Origin: Armatimonadota bacterium
Lineage (GTDB): Bacteria > Armatimonadota > UBA10988
DNA length: 28,018 nt
NCBI GenBank assembly: GCA_016235455.1
Contig: JACRKZ010000122.1
Span: 1-28,018 of the forward strand
Direction of reading: 5' to 3'
This document shows, one piece after another, positions 8,144-17,501 of this stretch (the stretch's first letter is position 1; each line of letters begins with the position of its first letter). The position numbers and the translations under genes were made by a program. The notes below the pieces were generated by a model. That model was not told where the DNA came from and did not search any database. It was given only the letters and a program-made list of their open reading frames with translations.

Positions 8144-8779
8144 ATGACCAACGAACTCCTGCTCATGCACCGCCGCATCGACCTCGACGCCTCGCCCATC
8201 CTGTATGACCGCCCATTCACCGCCGAGAGCTTCGCTGAGGACTGGGAAGCGCGCAACGCCGAGTGGATCTGCCGCGATGGCTCACTGTGGGGCACGAACC
8301 CACTGCCCGCGCCGGGCGTGGTGCTGTGCCGGCGTGCCTTCCCCGGCAACGTGCTGGTCGAATGCACCGCGCGCACGGTGGCGCCGTCGACGCACGACAT
8401 CGACGTCATGTGGAACCTGACCTGGGACGAGGCCACCAACACCCGCGGCGCGGCCTATGTGGCCGGTGTGCAGGGCTGGTGGGACGGCAAGGTGGGCATC
8501 GAGAAGTCGCCCGCCTACCTGCTCAACGCCACGGCGCCCTGCCCGTGGTTCGAGCCCGGCCGCGAATACCACATCCAGGCCGGCAGCATCGACGGCCACT
8601 GCTTCCTGTTCGTCGACGGGCTGCTGCGCCTGGAGTTGACCGATCCCGACCCCATCGACTCGACCGTGAACAACCGCATCGGCTTCGAGGCCTATCAGAG
8701 CAAGGTGCAGATCAGCGCGCTGACCGTACGCCAGATCGTCTGGGAGCCGCGGAAGATGGGGTATCCCGCGGAATTCTGA
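8144..8779 (+). CDS. Hypothetical protein, probable concanavalin A/LamG-like beta-sandwich (DUF1080/DUF1961-like)
   Basis: 211 aa, good codon usage; EPGREYHI...LFVDG...NRIGF...ISALTV pattern of jelly-roll domains; no signal peptide. Confidence 0.6.
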   Translation: MTNELLLMHRRIDLDASPILYDRPFTAESFAEDWEARNAEWICRDGSLWGTNPLPAPGVVLCRRAFPGNVLVECTARTVAPSTHDIDVMWNLTWDEATNTRGAAYVAGVQGWWDGKVGIEKSPAYLLNATAPCPWFEPGREYHIQAGSIDGHCFLFVDGLLRLELTDPDPIDSTVNNRIGFEAYQSKVQISALTVRQIVWEPRKMGYPAEF

Positions 8780-8877
8780 CCGCCAGCCGACCGGGTACCG
8801 GTCAGGAACCTGTCACGATCGAGAAGGTCGGATGCTATCGGGGGTGTGGCAAAACACCGACAGCCAGAGGGAGTCTC

Positions 8878-10464
8878 ATGCTTAGGTTCTGGCAGGCAGG
8901 GCTGGCTGTGCTGGCTACAACCATGGTCTGGGCCGAGGCGCCCAGCGCGCAAGCGGTGGACAGCTGCCGGGCTGGTCTGGCCCTCAAGCGCGAAGGCAAG
9001 CGAGCCGAGGCGGTTTTGGCCCTGCGCCGCGCGGTGGTCCTCGCACCCGAATATGCCGAAGCCCGCTTTGTGTTGGCCTGGGTGCTGGTGGCCGAGGGCG
9101 ACACCGACGGCGCCCGAGCCCAGTTTGACCGCGTGGTGGCGCTGGAGCCCCACTCGGACCGGGGCCGCCAGGCCCGGGCCGCGCTTGAGCGGCTGGTGCC
9201 ACCCGCGCCGCCGCCGGCGGTGTTGGCCACGACCCCGCCCGACCTCGCCGCCTGGCCGGGCGAGGCGCTGCTGCAAGGGATGGCGACCGAGGCTCAGCCC
9301 AGTGAGGGCCGGCTCGCCGTGCAGGCCACTGCCCTGCAACTGCCGGGCCAGGCCGCGCCCTCGGCCTGTTCGTTCTCGGTCTCGCTGCTGGTCGGGCTGG
9401 GCACCGTCGGGCTGCCGCTGCGCTCGGCCCAAGGCGGCACGGTGGACCTGCGCGACGTGCAGGCCGGCGTCCCGCTCAGTCTGGCCTTCACGCCAACGAA
9501 CGGCGCCATTGCGCCGGTGCGTTGCGCGGTGCTGGCCCAAGCGGCCAGCGCGCCCCGACCCACGGCGTTGGGCGTGCCCGTGCTGCCGCCCGACGCGGCG
9601 CGCGACCCCGACGGCGTGGTGCGCGCGACGGTCACTGTGCCGCTGGTCTTCCCGGCTCCCGGCCGCGAGCGAAGCTGGTCCGACACGTTCCTGGCGCCAC
9701 GGGGTGGGGGCACGCGACGCCATCTGGGCCAGGACATCATGGCCCCCAAGATGACTCGGCTGGTGGCCACCTTTGCCGGCACAGTGACCTTCCGCGACCC
9801 GACAGACGGTGGTCACAACCTACTCTATCTGACCGGCGACGATGGCTGGACCGTCGTCTACATGCACATCAACAACGACACGCCCGGCACCGACGACGGC
9901 AAGGGCGGCGCCCAGTACGCCTACGCGCCCGGCCTGCGCTCCGGCCAGCGCGTGGCCGCCGGCCAGCACATCGCCTACGTGGGTGATAGCGGCAACGCCG
10001 AGGAGACCGACCCCCACGTCCACTTCGAGCTGCATTGGCGCGATGGTGGTGTGCTCAACGCGGCCTCGTCGCTGCGGGCCGCGCGGCGCGAGGCGCGGCC
10101 GGTGCTGCACATCGACAACACCGGCCTGCTGGCCGGCCGCGGTGAGGCCAAGCTGGCCGGCGTGGCCCGCGAGGTGGATGCCGGTTCAGGCCGGCTGGTG
10201 CTGGCGCCGTGCGCCAGAAACGTCGAAGGCACCAGCGTGCCGTTCGACGGGGAGGAGACGGTCACCGTCACCTGTTCCCAGCAGGCCAAAGTCACCGTGC
10301 TGGGCGACGACAGCCAGACCCGCACGCTGACCGATCTGCGCGCAGGCCAAGTGATCGTGGTGGCCCTGGCCGACGCCGCCAGCACCACGGCCCGCGCCGT
10401 GCAAGTGCAGCAGATCGGCCTGGCCATAGCGCCACAGCTGGTTCGCGCCGCAGCCGGCCCATAG
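8878..10464 (+). CDS. Secreted TPR-containing M23 family peptidoglycan metalloendopeptidase
   Basis: Likely ATG 8878 (GAGGGAG SD), signal peptide MLRFWQAGLAVLATTMVWA; TPR AVVLAPEYAEARFVLAWV; M23 zinc motifs HLGQD (HxxxD), YMH, PHVHFE (HxH). Confidence 0.85.
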   Translation: MLRFWQAGLAVLATTMVWAEAPSAQAVDSCRAGLALKREGKRAEAVLALRRAVVLAPEYAEARFVLAWVLVAEGDTDGARAQFDRVVALEPHSDRGRQARAALERLVPPAPPPAVLATTPPDLAAWPGEALLQGMATEAQPSEGRLAVQATALQLPGQAAPSACSFSVSLLVGLGTVGLPLRSAQGGTVDLRDVQAGVPLSLAFTPTNGAIAPVRCAVLAQAASAPRPTALGVPVLPPDAARDPDGVVRATVTVPLVFPAPGRERSWSDTFLAPRGGGTRRHLGQDIMAPKMTRLVATFAGTVTFRDPTDGGHNLLYLTGDDGWTVVYMHINNDTPGTDDGKGGAQYAYAPGLRSGQRVAAGQHIAYVGDSGNAEETDPHVHFELHWRDGGVLNAASSLRAARREARPVLHIDNTGLLAGRGEAKLAGVAREVDAGSGRLVLAPCARNVEGTSVPFDGEETVTVTCSQQAKVTVLGDDSQTRTLTDLRAGQVIVVALADAASTTARAVQVQQIGLAIAPQLVRAAAGP

Positions 10465-10477
10465 CCGACGGCGCGCC

Positions 10478-11977
<1,500 letters not shown>

Positions 11978-11984
11978 GGCCGGC

Positions 11985-11990
11985 ATTGTA
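11985..11990 (-). promoter_or_regulatory. -10 element for a probably leaderless lysS transcript
   Basis: Minus strand TACAAT-GCCGGCC-ATG(11977); no SD. Confidence 0.55.
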
Positions 11991-12017
11991 CCGCAGGCTC
12001 CGGTATCGCGGGAGCGC

Positions 12018-12046
12018 TGTAACGCCCGGGCGGGCTCGCGTGTCTA
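12018..12046 (+). promoter_or_regulatory. Possible ECF-sigma promoter
   Basis: TGTAAC (12018-12023), 17 nt, TGTCTA (12041-12046) upstream of the secreted basic protein. Confidence 0.35.
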
Positions 12047-12109
12047 CTCAGTAGGAAGCAATCGACGCCGTTGATGGCCCCGGCCGGGGCCGGAAACGAG
12101 AGTCCTGAG

Positions 12110-12676
12110 ATGAAGCGAATATCCAAGATCCTGCCGTTGGCGCTCTGCCTGCTGGTCAGCCAGGCCTTCGCGGCCACCTCCAGCGTGGGCCGGAGCATCA
12201 AGCCAGCTGCCAAGACCGCGGGCCGGTCAGTGGCCAAGACCACCGCCAGGCCCGCCGCCCATAGCACCAGCCGACCCGTCGCCAAGACCACGGGCCGCGC
12301 GGCCAACCGCTCGGCCACGTCGCCGACGCGCCGGTCGACCGCCAAGTCGGCGCGCTCGAGCAAGGGCACGCCCAAGCATGTGACCCGGCACCACCGCAAG
12401 CACGCGGTGACCAGCCGGCACCACAAGCGCAGTCGCCCGACGGCCAAGACGCACAAGACAGCGAAGCACACCTCGAGCCCCGCGCGCCGGCATCGCCCGG
12501 TGTCAACGCATCATCGCGCCATCCAGCGCGGCTCGAACGCGACTCCGTCGCATCGCAGCAGCATCAAGACTACGACCCCGGCCCGGCACAAGCCGCTGGC
12601 ACATGCCCGACCTTCCACCTCGGCCGTTCGGCCGACCACCAAGGCCAAGGGCGTCGGGGAGCGCAGTAACCGTTGA
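12110..12676 (+). CDS. Secreted, highly basic low-complexity (histone H1-like/Asr-like) protein
   Basis: ATG 12110; signal peptide MKRISKILPLALCLLVSQAFA; mature part rich in K/R/H/S/T/A/P with one acidic residue and no aromatics; xxVAKTT repeats. Confidence 0.75.
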   Translation: MKRISKILPLALCLLVSQAFAATSSVGRSIKPAAKTAGRSVAKTTARPAAHSTSRPVAKTTGRAANRSATSPTRRSTAKSARSSKGTPKHVTRHHRKHAVTSRHHKRSRPTAKTHKTAKHTSSPARRHRPVSTHHRAIQRGSNATPSHRSSIKTTTPARHKPLAHARPSTSAVRPTTKAKGVGERSNR

Positions 12677-12683
12677 CAGCACC

Positions 12684-12757
12684 GGCGTCGCCCGCGGGCG
12701 ACGCCACGGCGTGATTGCATCCTGAGCATGGCGGGCCGAGGGCGACCTCGGCCCGTC
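12684..12757. terminator. Two GC-rich hairpins between convergent genes (probable terminator/stabilising structures)
   Basis: Perfect 22-nt palindrome GGCGTCGCCCGCGGGCGACGCC (12684-12705); CGGGCCGAGG-GCGA-CCTCGGCCCG (12732-12755) followed by GGCGTTT; U-tract weak. Confidence 0.55.
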
Positions 12758-12769
12758 GGCGTTTGGGGG

Positions 12770-14020
12770 TCAGCCGGCGTCGTCTCGCCGGGTCAACTGC
12801 TCGTCGAACTCGCGCGCGGCCACCAACAGTTCCTCGCGCAACGGCGTCAGGTCGGGCCGGCTGTCCAGATAGCGACCCAGGGCGTCGAGCGTGTCGTGGT
12901 GTTCGTTGATCTCGACCCGCGGCCGGCGCGGATCGGCGGGCCGCTCGCGGGTGATGCCGGCCACCAGATGGGCCTCGCGCAGGGCCGCGCGGACGGCGCG
13001 CAGGTCGAGCGCGCGTTCCTGGTCGTCGGTACAGCGGTAGCGCAGGCGCACCACCGCGTCGGCGATGGGGAAGCCGTCGATCTGCTTGACCAGCCACTCG
13101 GTGGGCTCGGCTTCGGGTGCGATGTCCAGCTCGATGGGCACGAACGGCCGGGCCGGCACGGCCAGGAAGTCGTAGCGCGCGGCCCGGGCCGCTGGGTCGG
13201 CGCCCTCGCCGAGCGTGACCAGGCAGACGCCCTTGGCGTCCTTGGCCTCGCCGAAGTCGATGCGGTCGAGGCTGCCACAGTAGACCACCGCCGGCCGGCC
13301 GGTCGGGTTCAGGTTCTGGTGGCGATGCACATGGCCCAGCGCCACGTAGTCGAAGCGCGGGTTGGCCAACATGCCGGGCGAAACCACCGGGTCGACCGAA
13401 CCCAACAGCATCTGCTCCGAGCCGGTGAAGCTGGCGCCCATCACGGTCAGATGGCTCAGCAGCACGGCGGGCTGGGCCACGTCGACCTGCTCGGCGAGCT
13501 GGTCGATGACGGCGCGCAGCCTCGTCTCCAGCCAGATGCGGATGTCGCGGTCGGCTTGGCCGGCGATCTCCTCATCGGCCAGCACGGAACTACGCGTGGG
13601 CCAGGGCACGCAGGCCACCTGCAGCGGGCCGGACCGCGTGGCGAGCGTGACCAGTTCGGGCCGACGCACCACCTTGACCTGCTCGGGCGCGAAGGTGGCG
13701 AAGATGTCGAGCGACGTGGCGCGGCCGTAGCTCACGGGCAGGTCGTGGTTGCCCGTGATCATGACGATGGGCAGCCCGGCATGCAGCAGCCGCAACAGCG
13801 CGCCGGCCAGCACCTGCTGGTGGGTGGGGCTGGGCGTGGCGGTGCGGTAGGCGTCGCCGGCAAACAGCACGGCGTCGACCTCGTGTTCCAGCGCCAGGTC
13901 GACGGCACGCTCCAGGCAGCGCGCGAAATCCTGCAGGCGCGTGTGATACCCTGTCGCGGGATCGATGCGTCCGTAGCTTTCGACGCCGATGTGGATGTCG
14001 CCCAGGTGGAGGAGTCGCAC
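12770..14020 (-). CDS. sbcD: Exonuclease SbcCD subunit D (Mre11-like metallophosphoesterase)
   Basis: GTG 14020 with AGGA SD; LLHLGDIH, FAGDAY, ITGNHD, LSH, YVALGHVH, YCGSLDRIDFGE. Confidence 0.92.
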   Translation of the reverse strand: MRLLHLGDIHIGVESYGRIDPATGYHTRLQDFARCLERAVDLALEHEVDAVLFAGDAYRTATPSPTHQQVLAGALLRLLHAGLPIVMITGNHDLPVSYGRATSLDIFATFAPEQVKVVRRPELVTLATRSGPLQVACVPWPTRSSVLADEEIAGQADRDIRIWLETRLRAVIDQLAEQVDVAQPAVLLSHLTVMGASFTGSEQMLLGSVDPVVSPGMLANPRFDYVALGHVHRHQNLNPTGRPAVVYCGSLDRIDFGEAKDAKGVCLVTLGEGADPAARAARYDFLAVPARPFVPIELDIAPEAEPTEWLVKQIDGFPIADAVVRLRYRCTDDQERALDLRAVRAALREAHLVAGITRERPADPRRPRVEINEHHDTLDALGRYLDSRPDLTPLREELLVAAREFDEQLTRRDDAG

Positions 14021-14040
14021 GCGTGTCCTGCCTTGGCGCC

Positions 14041-14050
14041 ATGATAGCAT
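14041..14050. promoter_or_regulatory. Candidate bidirectional extended -10 element between divergent sbcD and cyclohydrolase genes
   Basis: ATGATAGCAT reads TG-A-TAGCAT on + and TG-C-TATCAT on -. Confidence 0.5.
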
Positions 14051-14137
14051 TGGCCGTGGCGTGAAGGAAACAGCCCCGACCCCGACCCTCCCCGCGAGCG
14101 GCGAGGGAGCCAAGTCAGCCACCCAAGGAGTCCGACC

Positions 14138-14749
14138 ATGCTCGACCAGCCCGTAACCGACTTCCTGGCCCAGCTCGGGTCCGCCGCGCCGACGCCCGGT
14201 GGCGGCAGTGTGGCCGCGCTGACCGGCGCGCAGGCCGCCGCGCTGGTGGCCATGGTCTGCCATCTGACCATCGGCAAGAAGCGCTACGCCGAGCATGAGG
14301 ACGACCTGCGCGCCGTGCTGGCCCAGGCCGAGGCGCTCCAGGCCGAGTTGACCGAGCTGGTCGCCGCCGACATGGCCGCCTATGAGCAGTTGTCGGGCGC
14401 CTACAAAATCCCCCGCGACGACCCGGCGCGGGCCGACGCGCTGGCGGCCGCGCTGGTGCCGGCCACCGAGGTGCCGCTGGCCATCGCCGAGGCCAGCGCG
14501 CGCGTGCTCGAACTCGTGCCCACCGTGGTCGAGAAGGGCAGCGTGGTGGCGGTCTCCGACGCTGGCATGGCCGCGCTGCTGGCCGCGGCGGCGGTGCGCT
14601 CGGGCGCGCTGAACGTGCTCATCAACCTCGGCGCATATCAGGACGACGAGGCGACCGCCGGCTACCGCGCGCGGCTGAACAAGGTCCTCGGCGAGCCGCT
14701 GAGCCAGGCCGACGCGCTGTACGCGGATGTGGTCAAAAGGATTGGCTGA
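14138..14749 (+). CDS. fchA: Cyclodeaminase/cyclohydrolase family protein (FTCD_C; methenyl-THF cyclohydrolase-like)
   Basis: AAGGAG SD; FLAQLGSAAPTPGGGSVAAL, LVAMVCHLTIGKKRY, D..AY, ATEVPL, SDAG, LNVLINL. Confidence 0.9.
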   Translation: MLDQPVTDFLAQLGSAAPTPGGGSVAALTGAQAAALVAMVCHLTIGKKRYAEHEDDLRAVLAQAEALQAELTELVAADMAAYEQLSGAYKIPRDDPARADALAAALVPATEVPLAIAEASARVLELVPTVVEKGSVVAVSDAGMAALLAAAAVRSGALNVLINLGAYQDDEATAGYRARLNKVLGEPLSQADALYADVVKRIG

Positions 14750-16110
14750 TGGCCCTTCGACTCGCGCAGATCACGGACCTGCACCTGCGCTGGCATCAGC
14801 CCGGCGGCAGCCCCAGCTTCAAGCGCCGCAGCCGGCTCATGCCCGAACTGCTGGCCGAAGCCATCGAGCAGATCAAGACGCTCGATGTCGACCTGCTGGC
14901 GCTCACCGGCGACGTGCTGGACGTGCCAGACTACGTGGTGGCCAACGACGAGTGGATCGCCCACGACCGCGCGCAGTGGCTGGCCGAGGCCGAGCAGGAT
15001 TACCGGCTGATCCGCGAGTTGCTCGACGCCTCCGGCCTGCTCTACCGCGTGCTGCCGGGCAACCACGACAACCAGGGCGCCATGGCCCGCGTGTTTGGCC
15101 ACCAGTCGCGCATCGTCGAGGTCGGCGGGCATCGCGTGGTCTGCTTCTGGGATCGTGAGGGCGAGTACCATGTGCCGCGCCGGCTCGGTGCCGAGCGCAT
15201 CATGGCCGAGGAGCAACTGGCCCTGCCGGGGCCGCAGGTGCACCTCCAGCACTACCTGCTGGCGCCCGACCTGCCTGATGCCGGCTGGCCGTACAACTAC
15301 CTGGAGGCGGCGCACATGCGCCGCACGGTCGTCGAGTCGGGCCGCGTGCGCTTCTGCCTGGCTGGGCATTACCACGACGGCACCGAACTCGAACGCCACG
15401 GCGACACCTGGTTCGGCGTCGGCCCGGCCTTCGGCGTGCGACCCTACCCGTACCGCGTCTACACCATCGACGACAACGGCGTGACCCAGGAGACCTTTCG
15501 GCTGCGCGAAGCCGCCTACGAGGCGGGTCGGCCGGCGGTGTTCCTGGACCGCGACGGCGTGTTGACCGTGGCGCCGTCGTACCGCTCAGGTCCCGAGGAC
15601 CTGGAGCTCGTACCCGGCGCGGGCGCGGCGCTACGACGCTTGGCCGATGCCGGTTACGTGCTGGTCGCGGTGAGCAGCCAGAGCGCCATCGGCTACGGCT
15701 ACGTGACCAACTACTGCGTCAATGCGGTGTTCGACGAACTGGCCCGCGGCCTGTGGCGCGACGGCGTGGCCCTGTCCGCGGCGCGCTACACGGCCGTGGC
15801 CGGCGACCATGCGGTGCATCCCCAGTGGGCCGGCCACCACCGCGCCAAGCCGGCGCCCGATCTGCTGCTGGAGACCGCCGCCGAACTCGACCTCGACCTG
15901 TCGCGCTCGTGGATGATCGGCGACAACCTCGGCGACCTGCAGGCGGGCCTCAATGCCGGGGTGCAACCGTTGCTCGTGCTCACCGGCCACGGCCAGCAGT
16001 CCAGACCGAGCCTGGCCAGCCACCCCGCCCTCGCCTCGGCACCCGTGGCCGACGACATCAGCGCCGCCGCGGAGCACATACTCCGCCAGGCGCTGCCGGT
16101 CTCATCCTGA
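14749..16110 (+). CDS. Fusion of calcineurin-like metallophosphoesterase (CpdA/Icc-like) and HAD-IIIA phosphatase (GmhB/histidinol-phosphatase-like)
   Basis: TGATG coupling; ITDLH, TGD, PGNHD, QH, AGHYH; then AVFLDRDG (DRDG 15547-15558), VSSQS, KPAP, SWMIGD, VLTGHG. Confidence 0.85.
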   Translation: MALRLAQITDLHLRWHQPGGSPSFKRRSRLMPELLAEAIEQIKTLDVDLLALTGDVLDVPDYVVANDEWIAHDRAQWLAEAEQDYRLIRELLDASGLLYRVLPGNHDNQGAMARVFGHQSRIVEVGGHRVVCFWDREGEYHVPRRLGAERIMAEEQLALPGPQVHLQHYLLAPDLPDAGWPYNYLEAAHMRRTVVESGRVRFCLAGHYHDGTELERHGDTWFGVGPAFGVRPYPYRVYTIDDNGVTQETFRLREAAYEAGRPAVFLDRDGVLTVAPSYRSGPEDLELVPGAGAALRRLADAGYVLVAVSSQSAIGYGYVTNYCVNAVFDELARGLWRDGVALSAARYTAVAGDHAVHPQWAGHHRAKPAPDLLLETAAELDLDLSRSWMIGDNLGDLQAGLNAGVQPLLVLTGHGQQSRPSLASHPALASAPVADDISAAAEHILRQALPVSS

Positions 16111-16117
16111 ATATGAC

Positions 16118-16146
16118 TTGCGCGTCCGCCTGAGTTGTGCCATCAT
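16118..16146 (+). promoter_or_regulatory. Sigma70-type promoter for the rhodanese gene
   Basis: TTGCGC (16118-16123), 17 nt, CATCAT (16141-16146) preceded by TG-n. Confidence 0.5.
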
Positions 16147-16149
16147 GAT

Positions 16150-16167
16150 TATACCCATTAGGGTATA
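16150..16167. promoter_or_regulatory. CsoR/RcnR/CstR-family operator-like palindrome
   Basis: TATACCC-ATTA-GGGTATA perfect inverted repeat, AT-rich in a GC-rich background, between the -10 box and the GAGGA SD (16168-16172). Confidence 0.75.
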
Positions 16168-16177
16168 GAGGACGGCA

Positions 16178-16771
16178 ATGGCGAAGACGATGGCGGGCAG
16201 TGGACTGTTGAAGGTGGACGCGGCGACTCTCCGCGAGTGGCTGGCCGACGACAAGTGCGTGCTGGTGGACGTGCGCGAGCAGCGCGAGTTCGACACGGTG
16301 CGCATCCCCGGCGCGATCCTCGTGCCGCTATCGAGTTTCGACCCGGCCAAGGTGCCGGACCCGCAGGGCAAGCACCTCGTCCTGCACTGCCAGGCGGGCA
16401 TGCGTGCCACGGACGCCGCGCGTCGGCTGCTCAAGTCGGGCGTGGAGACCGTGTGGTGCTTCGAGGGCGGCATGGGCGAATGGACCAGTGCCGGCTTCGC
16501 CACCGAAGGCAGCCAGGGCCAGGCCCAGAGCGCCGAGGGCGCCAGTTGCTGCGCGCCGTCGGCCCGGCCAGCCGGCGGTGGGCTGTCGGTGCAGCGGCAG
16601 ACGCAACTGGGCATCGGCATCATGATGCTGGTCTTCACGCTCCTAGGCCAGCTGATTGACGAGCGGCTGGGTTGGCTGTGCCTGCTGCCGGCGCTGGGCC
16701 TGATCAACGCGGGGGTCACTGGCCTCTGCCCGCTGGCTACCGGCATCGCCAAGGCGCCCTGGAACCGCTGA
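16178..16771 (+). CDS. Rhodanese-like sulfurtransferase with C-terminal DUF2892 membrane domain (YgaP-like)
   Basis: LVDVRE..EF...RIPGA, active loop HCQAGMR, FEGGM.EW; C-terminal QRQTQL...hydrophobic...GVTGLCPL...PWNR. Confidence 0.9.
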   Translation: MAKTMAGSGLLKVDAATLREWLADDKCVLVDVREQREFDTVRIPGAILVPLSSFDPAKVPDPQGKHLVLHCQAGMRATDAARRLLKSGVETVWCFEGGMGEWTSAGFATEGSQGQAQSAEGASCCAPSARPAGGGLSVQRQTQLGIGIMMLVFTLLGQLIDERLGWLCLLPALGLINAGVTGLCPLATGIAKAPWNR

Positions 16772-16781
16772 GCGTTGCAGC

Positions 16782-16810
16782 TTGCGGCGAGCGCGGCGAG
16801 CGGCTACCGT
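16782..16810 (+). promoter_or_regulatory. Promoter for a probably leaderless amidase transcript
   Basis: TTGCGG (16782-16787), 17 nt, TACCGT (16805-16810), 7 nt, ATG 16818. Confidence 0.5.
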
Positions 16811-16817
16811 AGTGGGC

Positions 16818-17501
16818 ATGAAGCCCGTGGCCGCCACAGATGCCGAGGCCCGTCGCCGCCGCCAACGCCGTATGGCCCGCACCTGGGCGGCGCGCCTGGC
16901 CGTGCTATTAGCAATCTGTATTGCCTATCGCTACGGCTACCGACGCGGCGCCCACTCGCTGCCCGCGGTCGTTGGCCGTGAGAGCCAGCCGGAGATGATC
17001 GGCACACGGCACCCGTGGTGGGAGATCGAGCGGGTCATCGCCACGCAGCCCTGCCGGCGGCGGATCACCGAAGTCATCCTCCACCACACCTGGGATCCGA
17101 CCGCGGCGCAGTATGCGGGCGAGCCCACGGTCGAAGCTATCCTGCGCTTCCACGCACGCGATCGCGGCTGGCACAACATCGCCTACCACTACATCATCGG
17201 CCCCGACGGCACCATCTGGCTGGGCCGGCCGCTCAGCCAGGTGGGCACCCACACCCAGGGCCACAACGACGGCACCATCGGCGTCTGCCTGATCATCAAT
17301 GCCGACGTGGAGCAGCCCAGCGAGGTGCAGATCAAGGCCACGGCCATCGTGCTCCGCACGCTGTTCGATCGCTTCGGGCTGTCGGCCAGACGCAACTTCG
17401 CACCCGGCCACGGGTTCCACCGCGACTACGCCGACAAGACCTGCCCCGGCACGCTGATCACCAAGGCCCGCGTGCTCCGCTGGCTCCAGGGCTCACCGTA
17501 G
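16818..17501 (+). CDS. Membrane-anchored N-acetylmuramoyl-L-alanine amidase (Amidase_2/PGRP family)
   Basis: Arg-rich N-terminus + TM segment; VILHHT, RGWHNIAYHY, GTHTQGHN, IGVCL, FHRD, KTCPG. Confidence 0.88.
   Translation: MKPVAATDAEARRRRQRRMARTWAARLAVLLAICIAYRYGYRRGAHSLPAVVGRESQPEMIGTRHPWWEIERVIATQPCRRRITEVILHHTWDPTAAQYAGEPTVEAILRFHARDRGWHNIAYHYIIGPDGTIWLGRPLSQVGTHTQGHNDGTIGVCLIINADVEQPSEVQIKATAIVLRTLFDRFGLSARRNFAPGHGFHRDYADKTCPGTLITKARVLRWLQGSP

Noticed and set aside
8263-8877. Long N-terminal extensions in the ORF track (M23 from 8263, sbcD from 14296, LamG from 18374, MtaA-like from 4391)
   Set aside because: They overlap other genes; better starts with SD, signal peptide or coupling exist at 8878, 14020, 18263 and 4475
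8780-8877. c-di-GMP-like riboswitch or ECF promoter before the M23 gene (GGAACC, GGTGT-GGCAAA-ACACC)
   Set aside because: Only short partial matches; the second stem and convincing spacing are missing
14051-14137. THF or ZTP riboswitch before fchA
   Set aside because: No consensus elements of either class visible
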